A stretch of DNA of 64,000 nt from Veleropilina oligotropha (lineage: Eukaryota): contig JBEUKZ010000137.1 of the NCBI GenBank assembly GCA_048128005.1, positions 1 through 64,000 on the forward strand, read 5' to 3'. Made by a program: the position numbers and the translations under genes. Of the stretch, positions 1 to 11,000 are shown one piece after another. The first letter of the stretch is position 1, and the number at the start of each line of letters is the position of its first letter. The notes under the pieces were generated by a model. The model saw only the letters and a program-made list of their open reading frames with translations. It ran no database searches and was not told the origin of the DNA.

Positions 1-798
1 GCAGGCCTCAAGCTATCTTGGCAGCATGGTCGTTTGGGTAGGCCTGTCGTAATGTTGTGAGAACGTCCCGATACAGTTTGGTAAGGGTTATGAATCGTTG
101 TTAAAATGACAATACCGTAAATTAGTAGTATGTTCAGTATTAATTTATTGAAAATAATTATTACGACTTGAAATTAATTTGTACTTTGTTTCAATTACAG
201 AAAACCATGTTCATGTTACCAATGCCATGTTAAGGGTTACATGATACGGGCCATTTAATAAGAGTTATGTGCAATTATGGTTACGAGCCATAATTATATC
301 GTCGTTCTACGAGATGATAATGTCGCAAAGTGCTTTCGTGTACGTCGGTGAGAATACAATAAAAGGCCAATTGAAGTCATGAGTCATTATTGTTGTCGTT
401 GTGCGTGCAGAGGTCACGAACTTGTGTTTACTGAAGGGACCTATAACGTGATTGTAGCCGTAAATGACCTCTGGTTTACGTGCTGAAGTCGCTACAAGGC
501 TAATAGTATGTCTTCTTTTATGTCAGATATCGTAGTGTTTTATTTGATTGACATAATGTGCACGAGGCTTAAGTTCAATATCATGTAAAAAGGCCGATAC
601 AAACTCCCGTCAACAATGATATGCACAAGTAATACGGGTAGTTTGCAGTTTAAGGGTCCCCTGGGTACTATTCGTTCATATACCCATGATCAATATCCAA
701 TTTGGTCACGATTTGCGGACATTACCTTACAATACGAGCATTATGGTTTAGGAGTATATTCTATGGGCATTAGGGTCAATGTATTAGCAAGCAGGGTT

Positions 799-799
<1 letters not shown>

Positions 800-834
<35 letters not shown>

Positions 835-1267
835 CTAGCTTTTGGTACCCGTCTTCGCCGGGTAAGTCCCCCCACCCCATTTTTTTTTTTTTTTTTTTTT
901 TGGATAGTGCTCCCTTAAATATTTTTTTTTTTTCCCGAATTTTCCGAATTTTTTTCGTGGTAAACCTTCCTTGGGGGACCCCGATTAACCCCCCAAAGTT
1001 TGAAGGTCCTAGGTCAAAGCGTCTGGGAGGAGTACAACTTGAAACAGACACACACACAATTATAGCTCCATTATTATATTAAGATTATATGAAGATATAT
1101 AGCAATTTTTTTTTTTTTTGCCGAATTTTCCGAATTTTTTTCGTGGTAAACCTTCCTTGGGGGACCCCGATTAATCCCCCAAAGTTTGAAGGTCCTAGGT
1201 CAAAGCGTCTGGGAGGAGTACAACTTGAAACAGACACACACACTAATATTATTATATTAAGATTATT
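800..1267 (+). mobile_element. Helentron/HINE-like non-autonomous element with partial tandem duplication of its 3' half
   Basis: Starts ACTAGCTTTTGGTACCCGTCTTCGCCGGGT (small hairpin) after a (TAA/ATT)n tract, carries ACAGACACACAC and ends TATATTAAGATT. 925-1085 is repeated at 1105-1265. Flanked by AAGCAGGGTTA at 789-799 and 1268-1278. Confidence 0.5.
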
Positions 1268-2569
1268 AAGCAGGGTTAGCTAACACTATACCAAGGACCC
1301 TTAAAATGCAAGTGCCACCCATCTCGTTTAAACAAAATCGTTTCTCGTGTCTGTACCATGTAAACATTTACTAAAATTTGTACAGCCGCCCTAATTGTGC
1401 CGGTATGTATATATATTTTAGATAAACTCTCGATTATCTTTAAATTTATAATTTATCCAATAAATTAGTATTGTGTTGTTTTACAATTGGTTATATGGGT
1501 GATTTACTAGTGTATATAGCCCCTTTTCAAAAAGCAGCTTTAATCAATGTATGCCTAAGCCTATTGAAATTCGACGAAACGTCTGAAGGACGAAATGTTA
1601 GGATGTTTCATCGAAATTCGAAGAAACGTCTTTGAACGAACTGGTTTAGTTGCGAAACGTCAGGTATTCCTTTCATCATAAACATAATAACAATTTAACC
1701 CACGACATTTGATATTTTCGCTCTGTCTCTTATACGTGGACAGAACTAGTGCTCAAGGTGGCGCCACAATTAAATCGACGAGCCTTCATGGAGACGGTAA
1801 TTTACTAATGTTATACGAAACCATAATATATTTATAAAATTCTAAAAAATGGACGCTACAATTGAATATTGTCACGTTTCTTGACTTAGCAATGGAACGT
1901 AGCACTTAGCTACTTTAAATATGCCGTAAACAAAATAGAATTTCACGATAGCAGCGGTTTCTTGTAAGAACATCCGGGTTACCGCTGAAAACCTACTTGG
2001 GACGCCTCGTTTGTTGTAATGTAAATCCATTTGTAATATTTGGTTCATCCCTGTGAATTTAATACAGTAATTATGCATATTTTAGTGACCCGTTTAACCG
2101 ACACCATTTAAGTTTGTATTGCTTTCACAAAATAAATGTATATATTTTATATAGAAGGCAATGCCTTGTGGAAATGTCAGACCATAAACCGAATGAATAC
2201 AGACCCTATCGGGGTCCTACGAAACACCCAAATGAACCCAAATGAAGTATAATAACACAAATGAACCCAAATGAAGGCGCAATGAACCCAAATGAAGGCA
2301 CAATGAACCCAAATGAAGGCACAATGAAGCCATTATAGATTTAAAATGCTACCTAGAGATGCTCTAACACGTTTCGAAGTTGCTCTGAGTTGTTATTCGG
2401 TCCCGTATTAATTAATATTCCTGAATATACATAAAGAATGAACCCAAATGAAGGCAGAATGAAGCTACTATGCATTTAAAACGTTAAATAGAGATATGTT
2501 TACCGACATGATTTCAGTAGCGTTTCGCTTTCAATTCGCTTACGGCTACATGCCAATTCGACCAAAATA

Positions 2570-3310
2570 CATTTCGCATGCGGACTAATCACTCAAAGGG
2601 AAAAGGCGATAAATTATTGGGCAAAAATTTTAAGTAATCGAAACTCTTTAATTTACAATAGATATAAGAAAGAGTTAGAATGTTTTAACAACAACACGTG
2701 GTCGTCATCTATTAAAAACATGTTGAATGAATTAGGTTTGGGATTTGTGTGGCATGATCAGAATGACGAATATTTTACTGTGCCGATTAACATTATTATG
2801 GAACGACTAAAGGATCAATATATTCAAAAATGGCATGCTGATATAAAAACTAGTACTAAATTAGACACATACAAAACATTTAAAAAAGAACTTAAATTTG
2901 AAAAATACTTGGATTATATACACACAATACACACAAGCTTGTCGAATTAATGAGCGTCGTCAATCTTAAAAGAAGTAGACAAGTAGGAAAGTATATTACA
3001 GCGGCCATGAGACTACGTTCAACAATATTGTAGTGTATATAAACTGATCACTTATTCATTGGAAACACACATGATTTATATATAGTGTAACGACTTAGTA
3101 ACTATAGCCCTTCTAAAATCGTGCATGTTTTTGTAAATTGCTATTGTTATATGTGTCCGTACTTTCAAATAACTCCATGCTAAAACCTTTGTAGCGATAA
3201 GAAATGCTGCAATATGTCTGTTTTGTATATAATATTATGTCTTCTATGTATACTATTTTATGGCGAGAGGCAATTATTGCCTGTATGCCGGAAATAAACT
3301 ACTATTCACT
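2570..3310 (+). pseudogene. Degenerate 3' fragment of an old LINE ORF2 (post-RT C-terminal region) with 3' UTR
   Basis: ORF 2720-2950 LNELGLGFVWHDQ...ERLKDQYIQKW...KLDTYKTFK...FEKYLD resembles the C-terminal region of RTE-X/L2-like ORF2; AATAAA near 3293. Confidence 0.6.
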
Positions 3311-3761
3311 AAAAATCTCCAATTGAATAGGCTGATGATAACGTCACATCTTGCCGATTCCATTATGTTCATACTTTGAAGCCTACTCATGATTTTGAAA
3401 AATTATCACTTCAAAAATGTAAAAATATTCACATAATTACGTTAATCCGTTAAGACCTTACCAAGACAAAGATTGGTCGCCTACAATAGTATTAATTCAC
3501 TTGTAATTAAGCGGATTGAAACTTAGCCGTATAAGCAAGCAAGGTGTGACCGAATGGGAGTACTTTAATCTTAATCCATAAAGCCATTTCAAAGAGACCG
3601 CCAAAGTTCAATCAAATATGGAACTAATCTCCGAGAACCTATTGTTGCCATCAGGTATTTAACTTGGACGAAAAATAGTTTCCATACACATCGCATTTGT
3701 GCTCGTGTACCACCTCATCGATATCTTTATTTCTCCTCGTTATTTACATCAACTTATCATC

Positions 3762-4052
3762 ATGGGAAGAAGACGCGCATCTCGCTACCCTTGCGGAGTT
3801 TGCCAAGACAACTGTCTCGACGGATCGGTATACTGCAACACCTGTTGGTTGTGGTTCCACGAGCGTTGTGAGTGTTTATCGTCGACGCAAATGCAAGCAT
3901 TATCCGTGATGGCTGAATAATTCGTGTGTACTTCGTGCGCAAACGTCGACGGACAATTTGACTACGAGGCGTCCATTTTCAGGATGTCGAACGCTGCTGG
4001 AGGGGGTTTGGATAGATTACGCTCGGCAATCCAGATGGAGTCCATTCTCCTA
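3762..4052 (+). pseudogene. PHD-finger coding remnant (probable N-terminus of the MULE protein), with in-frame TAA and cut by a CACTA terminus
   Basis: MGRRRASRYP-CGVC-CNTC-WFHERC-(stop at 3918-3920)-FVCTSC gives a full C4HC3 pattern; the frame continues to ...IQMESILL and is interrupted at 4053. Confidence 0.7.
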
Positions 4053-4320
4053 CACTCTAAAAAATATATCCATAAAACATATCTAAATAAAAACAGCTAT
4101 TAGACACACTTTATAAACATGTTTAGTGTTTTATCTTACACACAACACATGTTTATGATAAACCATGGTGTTTTAAATAAAACATATTAATAAAAACATG
4201 AGGTGTTTATTTTAATTCATACGCATTTTATTTAAAACACATAAACATTACGCCTTCCAAACACACTTTATAAACACATACACATGTTTTATAGCAGACA
4301 TGTTTTATAATTATAAAAGA
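4053..4320. mobile_element. CACTA/EnSpm terminus with subterminal repeats
   Basis: CACTCTAAAAAA at 4053, followed by dense AAACATGTTT/ATAAACAC subrepeats in both orientations; partner end not found. Confidence 0.7.
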
Positions 4321-5295
4321 AAGTAACCACATGAACATATATCTGGTGACTGGAAAATTAAACAATATTTATGAATTATAGGAACATCTTATTCCTTTAT
4401 AATAAGTTTGTAAATTTAAATATAGCAAGACCCATATTATTCATACATGCATATATTATTCCTATTATTTCCCAATGTTCTCATGGTGAGAAAACAACTT
4501 TAAATAAACACATTTCTAATGCAGAAATCGAAGACGTATACTTTACTTCCCCATTTCCTTTTCGAGGATGCTGCACATGTGTATATATTTACTTGAAACT
4601 GTGCAGTTGAACTGTTCTTTGATCACATAATTCTGTACAAGTCCAAGAATTTGTGAATATTGTCGTGGATATTGTAAGTCTGTTATATAATAAAGAAGCA
4701 CTAAATACAAGAGCGCTTTCTTAACGTCTCTTGTTCGACAGAAGATCTTCTGTCCATCACCAATAATAACTATCTCCATCAGATTTTCTCCATTCATAAA
4801 ACCTAGCAGGCTCGGAGGGGAAAGCTCTTTGGATGCGCAACTTTTTTCGATGTCCTCCTCTGGAACGTCCTGTAACGTACAATATGTTATTTTTAGAAAT
4901 GTATATAATGCATACAATCATAATAATTAATGAGTTTTCTCACTTACATACCTTTTATTTTAATACACCAAACTTCCATTTGTAAACAAGTTAAAAAACC
5001 TGTTGATTATTTACATTCCATAACACATATGCATATCATAACACCCAAATATGTTATGACCTATTGTTGTGGTTCTTGGTTAACTTTGCTCACATGACCG
5101 TCATATTAAAGGCTTTTAATGGGTTCAACACCACATTGTTTTGGCAGATGAAATATACACCATAACTCTAGCTAATACCATGGGGCGGACATATCGATAA
5201 CACCCTCTAAAACAGTCGACAAGTCATAGTTCTCTCCCATTTAAAATTATTAGGTGGTTAGATTTAATTTATCAATGCATTTAGAAAATGATAAT

Positions 5296-5473
5296 GGGGC
5301 CAGCATGGCCGAGTGGATATGGTGCTGGTCTACCAGGATTGCTGAGGATTTTTATTATCGCTGCATGCATTGAACGCAGCACAAAATCATTTCATAAATA
5401 AAAATTGATTGACCTGATTTACGACCGAAATATTGTTGGTGTGGTATTAAATTAAACATCAATCTATCATCAC
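5296..5473 (+). mobile_element. tRNA-derived SINE with I/Nimb-like 3' tail
   Basis: GGGGCCAGCATGGCCGAGTGG A-box head; tail ...ACGACCGAAATATTGTTGGTGTGG..TTAAACATCAATC; imperfect TSD AGAAAATGATAA / AGAAAATTATAA. Confidence 0.55.
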
Positions 5474-5493
5474 AGAAAATTATAAGGTGTTGG

Positions 5494-5712
5494 TGGCCTC
5501 TCCGACAGCTGTGTGGTTTCGGTAGCAGACTGGGAAATCACTGGCTTGATTCCGGTGACGCGAACAGTAGTGGGTTCGAATCTCGGTTGGGACATGACAT
5601 TATTTGGTCAAGATATGAATTTGTTGTCCGTAACTGGCTAGAGGGCAGGTTTACTAGGGTGACCGGAGTTTCCTCCCACGATAATATGGACATGTCCTGC
5701 TTTGAACCTAAT
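5494..5712 (+). mobile_element. tRNA-derived SINE fragment (V-domain-like core)
   Basis: B-box GGTTCGAATCTC at ~5573; CCGGAGTTTCCTCCCA core; an inverted fragment of the same family lies at ~12722-12761. Confidence 0.45.
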
Positions 5713-6527
5713 AGTTGTAAATATACAGTACATAAAGCATCGATTTTTTCCTTTGATTTATATAAAATAATGGTTTATAACATTATATGTGATAGTTTTT
5801 AGTCTGGATAAATGTAGCTGTCATGATGTTGTGATCAATATCAAGTACAGTGAAACCTGCCAATGAAAGCCACACAATGGAACAGAACTATAGTAATTAT
5901 ATCCAGAGGATGACTAAGTCTCTGAGAAGTAGTTCAAACAAATATTCCCCCAGTCGGTTAGGGGTTAGAATATGCCGACTGCTCTCCCTGCAGAGGGGTA
6001 AGATCCCCCCAAATGGGAGCCACCTGTTAGCCGTGGGTGGCGACCCGTGATGTTGGAGAAGAGGATCCTGGTAGTTGAGCTTCGGCCTTGGCTGAAGCAA
6101 CACACTACTTTGGCCTCGGATTCAGCTAGACGGGAGATCAGATAGGCCCTATCTGATCAATCGGCTTGTCACGCCGTGCCCTGGGATAATTTAACATTTT
6201 AATATAACATTTTAATTTTACATCTTAAAACATGTCATATCATAGATCATTTACCATCCATTGATCTATATAATAATAATAATAATAAAGAAGATTTCTA
6301 TAGCGCCTAATCTGCAGGTGAGCCCTAGGCGGTGGCTGAAGGGTCAATCAAGTGAGGAATGAATGGTGGGATATACACTTCCCACCACTAATATTCATTC
6401 ACTTATTTGAGTATATCACCCGGGTATCCCTGGCATTGGGTGCCGGAACTCCGCACCTGTTAAGTGCCCCCTTGTTGGGCTCCGGGGTGGGCGGGGACCT
6501 CGGGTGACGAAACATAACACACAAATC

Positions 6528-7772
6528 ATGGCACACAAAGCAAACTATCATGCACCTAAACGGCGCAGAAACAACAAAAATATAGATTCTGATGATGACG
6601 ATGATGATGCTAAATTTATGGCCGCTTTCCGGTCTACTCCTTACGACCCTGAGATAGAGGCTCCATATAAGCCTGATCCTCCACCTCCTGTACCGGAAAG
6701 CTGGCCCCGTTTTTTAACGGTGGAATCGCTTAACTCTAATACACCGATCACTTCGTTGAGTCCGTTCGCCATATCCAAGGCCATTCTCGGCCTGGCAGGC
6801 GAACCGCGATCCGTTAAAAAACTTAGAGATGGCACACTACTGGTTGAATGCGCCAGGAAGAGCCATGCGGAGAACCTACTTCGTACTGACAAATTTGTCA
6901 ACATTCCAGTTGAAGTCAGACCGCATCGGTCTTTGAACAGCTCCAAGGGAGTTATTAGATCTAGGGACCTGCAGGGATGCAGTGAACCCGAACTGCTGGA
7001 AGGCATGAGTAGTCAGGGTGTAACCAAGGTTACACGCCTGACAATGTTCAAGGATGGGAAGAAAGTCCCCATCAACACCATCATCTTGGACTTCCGCCTT
7101 CCAGTGCTTCCCAAATCTGTAAAAGCTGGTTACATTAGTATCCCTGTTGAGCCCTACATCCCAAACCCCTTGAGATGCTTCAAATGCCAGACATTTGGGC
7201 ATCACAAAGACCGATGCAAAAGAAACTCTGCATGTGCTCGTTGTAGCGAGGAGGGTCACGAGTCTGACTCTTGCTCCAATCCACCACTATGCTGCAATTG
7301 CAAGGGTAAGCATTTTGCTTACTCTAAGGACTGCCCGAAGTGGAAGCATGAGAAAGAGATCCAAAGGGTCAAAACTATCGACCGGATCTCTTTCCCTGAT
7401 GCCAGGAAACTGGTTGAATCCAGGACTACTTCGGGTAGATCCTATGCAGTTGCTACAGCAAAGGAGCAGAGACCTGTCACTCGATCCTCCTCCACGCAAA
7501 CGGACATCACCTGGCCATTTGGCGCAGCTTTCTTCAGTACTTTGCCATCTCTAAACAATTTAGCATCATCATCATCATCATCATCAACACAAACGTCTAA
7601 ACCAATCAAACCAATCAAGCCTACTCACAATTCGAAAAAAGAGACTGCTGCTGTTTCAAAAGCAGCAGTCCCAAAACGAAAAAACATTAAACCAGACAGA
7701 CAGCCCAAAGGGTCCGAGGACCCAATTAAGCTGCATAATCGCTTTGATCATCTGATGGATACCATCAGATGA
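6528..7772 (+). CDS. LINE ORF1 gag-like nucleic-acid-binding protein (PRE_C2HC-like region, three CCHC knuckles); C-terminus truncated by an 8-bp deletion
   Basis: YIPNPLRCFKCQTFGHHKDRC / CARCSEEGH..SC / CCNCKGKH..DC. First ATG at 6528 matches the other copies; GAACCATC present in A3 is missing at ~7765. Confidence 0.9.
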   Translation: MAHKANYHAPKRRRNNKNIDSDDDDDDAKFMAAFRSTPYDPEIEAPYKPDPPPPVPESWPRFLTVESLNSNTPITSLSPFAISKAILGLAGEPRSVKKLRDGTLLVECARKSHAENLLRTDKFVNIPVEVRPHRSLNSSKGVIRSRDLQGCSEPELLEGMSSQGVTKVTRLTMFKDGKKVPINTIILDFRLPVLPKSVKAGYISIPVEPYIPNPLRCFKCQTFGHHKDRCKRNSACARCSEEGHESDSCSNPPLCCNCKGKHFAYSKDCPKWKHEKEIQRVKTIDRISFPDARKLVESRTTSGRSYAVATAKEQRPVTRSSSTQTDITWPFGAAFFSTLPSLNNLASSSSSSSTQTSKPIKPIKPTHNSKKETAAVSKAAVPKRKNIKPDRQPKGSEDPIKLHNRFDHLMDTIR

Positions 7773-8073
7773 CCAAAGCGATCCTGACACCATCATCAAC
7801 GACCTTGCCGCTGACATAGTTGCTGCTGCTACCGAGAAGGGTAGGAAGGCAGCAGCAGCAGCTGTCAAAGTAAAGCTTAACCGACAGACTAAGGTGGTGG
7901 ATGATCCACCCCAACCACCACCGGCTGTCGAGGATCCAATGGATGACGATCAACCATTGGATCAGCCACCGGCAAAGCCAAAACCTTCAAAAAAGCCCGT
8001 ACTTCCACCAAACAAGTAGTAAATTTTAAAGCAATATACACAAATCACTATATAAATACACCAACAACACAAC

Positions 8074-11000
8074 ATGACAGGTACACTAATACAATGGAAT
8101 TGTAGAGGCATTAAACCGAACATTGATGAGATTAATTTACTAATACAAGACCACAAACCTATAGCATTTTGTCTCAATGAAACTTACATGAAACTCACAG
8201 ACAACATACGTATTAAAGACCACTCACTATATAATCACATTGTCACCACAGGTGACAAGGCTACAGGGGGGGTTTCAATCATCGTCAGCAACAGAACACC
8301 ACACAGTCAGGTCAATTTAAACACCAACTTACAGGCAGTAGCGGTGAAAATATCGACTCACCGAGTAATAACTATTTGCTCGGTATACTTACCACCTAGC
8401 ATAAACATACATCCTACTGACCTTGACGATCTCATCAATCAGCTACCGACCCCATTTGTACTGTGTGGCGATTTTAACGCCCATAGTACTGATTGGGGCG
8501 GTACTGACACAGATAAACGGGGACATCAAATAGAGGACTTTATTGGGAGACACAATTTGTGCCTATTTAATACTACCAAATCGCCAACATACATGCATCC
8601 ACCTACAGGCTCACTTACCACCATTGACCTTACCATGTGCGACCCATCTGCTTTCTTGGACTTTACTTGGAAAGTTGGCGAGGACCTCCGCGGAAGCGAC
8701 CACTTTCCAATTTTCCTGGAAAGCACAATTAACCAAGCACAAATATACACTGAAAGGTGGAAACTTCGCAAAGCAGATTGGACAAAATTCCAATCTCTTT
8801 GCGAAGAGCAATTACACCCAGACCACTTAACTAATGGCGAAGACCCAATATCAAGTTTCTCTATAACATTACATGACATTGCAACGCTATCAATTCCAAA
8901 GACCTGTCCAAATGCCAAACACAAAAATAAACCTTGGTTTAATGAAGACTGCAGACAAGCAATCAAAGCACGCATACATGCAATTTCAACATTTAAACAG
9001 CACCCAACACTACAAAATCTTAATAGCTTTAGGCTATTAAGAGCACAAGCCAGACGTACCATCAAGCACAGCAAAAGGGAATCCTGGCATTCCTACGTTA
9101 CCAAACTAAACTCTCGTTCCACTATTAAAAAAACATGGGATATGATCCGTAAAATTAGTGGCAAACATACACCCAACTGCATCAAGCACCTTAAAACAAA
9201 CACATCAGAAGCAACCACAGCTAAAGACATTGCAAACACATTGGCAGATACATTTTCTGCCAATTCATCATCCGACAACTGCACTCCAAAATTCAGCCGT
9301 TTTAAGCATCAAAAAGAAAAAACAAGGCTCAATTTTAGATCCAACAATACAGAGTCATACAATCAGCCATTTTCACACAAGGAACTCACAGATTCACTAA
9401 ACAAGGCACATGACACATCAGTTGGCCCTGATGACATTCACTATCAATTACTTAAGCACTTACCTGGAACATCACTTACAACTCTACTTGCAATATTCAA
9501 TACTATCTGGGAAACTGGAACCTTCCCTCCCTCGTGGAGGGAAGCTACAATTATCCCAATTGCAAAGGCGGGAAAAGATACATCACATTCCAACAGTTAT
9601 CGACCCATAGCCCTGACGAGTTGTATTTGTAAAACCATGGAAAGGATGATAAACGAGAGATTAGTTTGGTACTTAGAATCAAATAATTTACTTACAGAAT
9701 ATCAATGTGGGTTCCGGCGCAACCGGAGCACCACAGATCACTTGGTACGTCTGGAAACATTTGTTCGTGAGGCCTTCCTAAACAGACAACATTTAGTTGC
9801 TGTTTTTTTCGATCTAGAGAAGGCCTACGACACTACTTGGAAGTACGGGGTTATGAATGATTTGTTTGATTTTGGTTTAAAGGGCCACTTGCCCAATTTT
9901 ATTTCGAAATTCCTTGAGGATAGAAATTTTCAAGTTAAGGTGGGTGACGCCCTCTCCGATATCCACGACCAGGAGATGGGTGTCCCTCAAGGAAGTATTT
10001 TATCAGTCACCCTATTCAGTATTAAAATAAACAGTATCGTCAAATGTATTAGTACTGGCACTGACTGTTCATTGTTTGTCGACGATTTTGGCATTTGCTA
10101 TCGTTCGACAAATATGAACAGTATAGAACGCCAGCTACAACATGGCCTAAATAAATTACAGATATGGTCCGATGAGAATGGATTCAAATTCTCAAAGGAC
10201 AAAACTAAATGCATGCACTTCTGCCAGCGTCGTGAAATACATGACGACCCTGTGTTAAAGCTGGATGACTTTGAAATTCCAGTGGTAGATCAATTTAAAT
10301 TTTTAGGCCTTATATTTGACCGAAAACTGTCTTTCATACCTCATTTAAAATACATCAAAGCCAAATGTAAAAAAGCTTTAAATTTAATGAAAGTAGTTTC
10401 TAATACTGAATGGGGTGCTGATAAAAAAGTTTTATTACGCCTTTACAGATCATTAATTAGATCAAAACTTGATTATGGGAGCATAGTATATGGCTCTGCT
10501 CGCCATTCATATCTTAAAATGCTTGATCCAATCCATAATCAAGGGCTTCGACTTGCACTAGGGGCTTTTCGCACATCACCCATGGAAAGCCTCTACGTCG
10601 AAGCCAATGAACCATCTCTTACACTCAGACGTGAAAAACTATCACTACAATATGCAATAAAATTAAAATCAAATCCATCTAACCCAGCTTTCGAAACTGT
10701 CTATACACCAAATTACGTAAATCTATTTCAGGCAAAACCAAACAAAATTGCACCGTTTGGCATCCGCATAAAACCAGCACTAGAAAATGCGGGCATACAT
10801 GTAGGTCAAATTAAAACAATTCACATTCCGGATACTCCACCATGGACACTTAAAGTACCGGTAATTGATCTACAACTTACATCACTCAAAAAATCAAACA
10901 CAGACACATCAGATTATCTCATAAAAGTGCACTATCTGAAATTAAAATATTCAGATCGTGCAAGCATATACACAGATGGTTCTAAAGATGCAGAATTAGT

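Noticed and set aside
616..1283. ORFs with poly-I/L/F/K runs
   Set aside because: Translations of microsatellite and homopolymer tracts in a non-autonomous repeat.
2225..2330. CRISPR-like or telomeric repeat array
   Set aside because: No unique spacers and eukaryotic context; these are TIR subrepeats mirrored at 13470-13555.
5296..5340. tRNA genes at SINE heads (also 5560-5590 and 60417-60490)
   Set aside because: A/B boxes are present but there is no complete cloverleaf, and they continue into SINE bodies.
5947..6012. Calling the family A 5' end a canonical HDV ribozyme
   Set aside because: No room for P3/L3, no P1.1 and no J4/2 cytosine; kept only as an unknown pseudoknot.
5897..6103. 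Antisense ORF MLLQPRPKLNYQDP... recurring at 45955-46167 (possible ORF0)
   Set aside because: Recurrence follows from leader identity between copies; it runs out into unrelated flanks, and I see no homologous ORF in family B.
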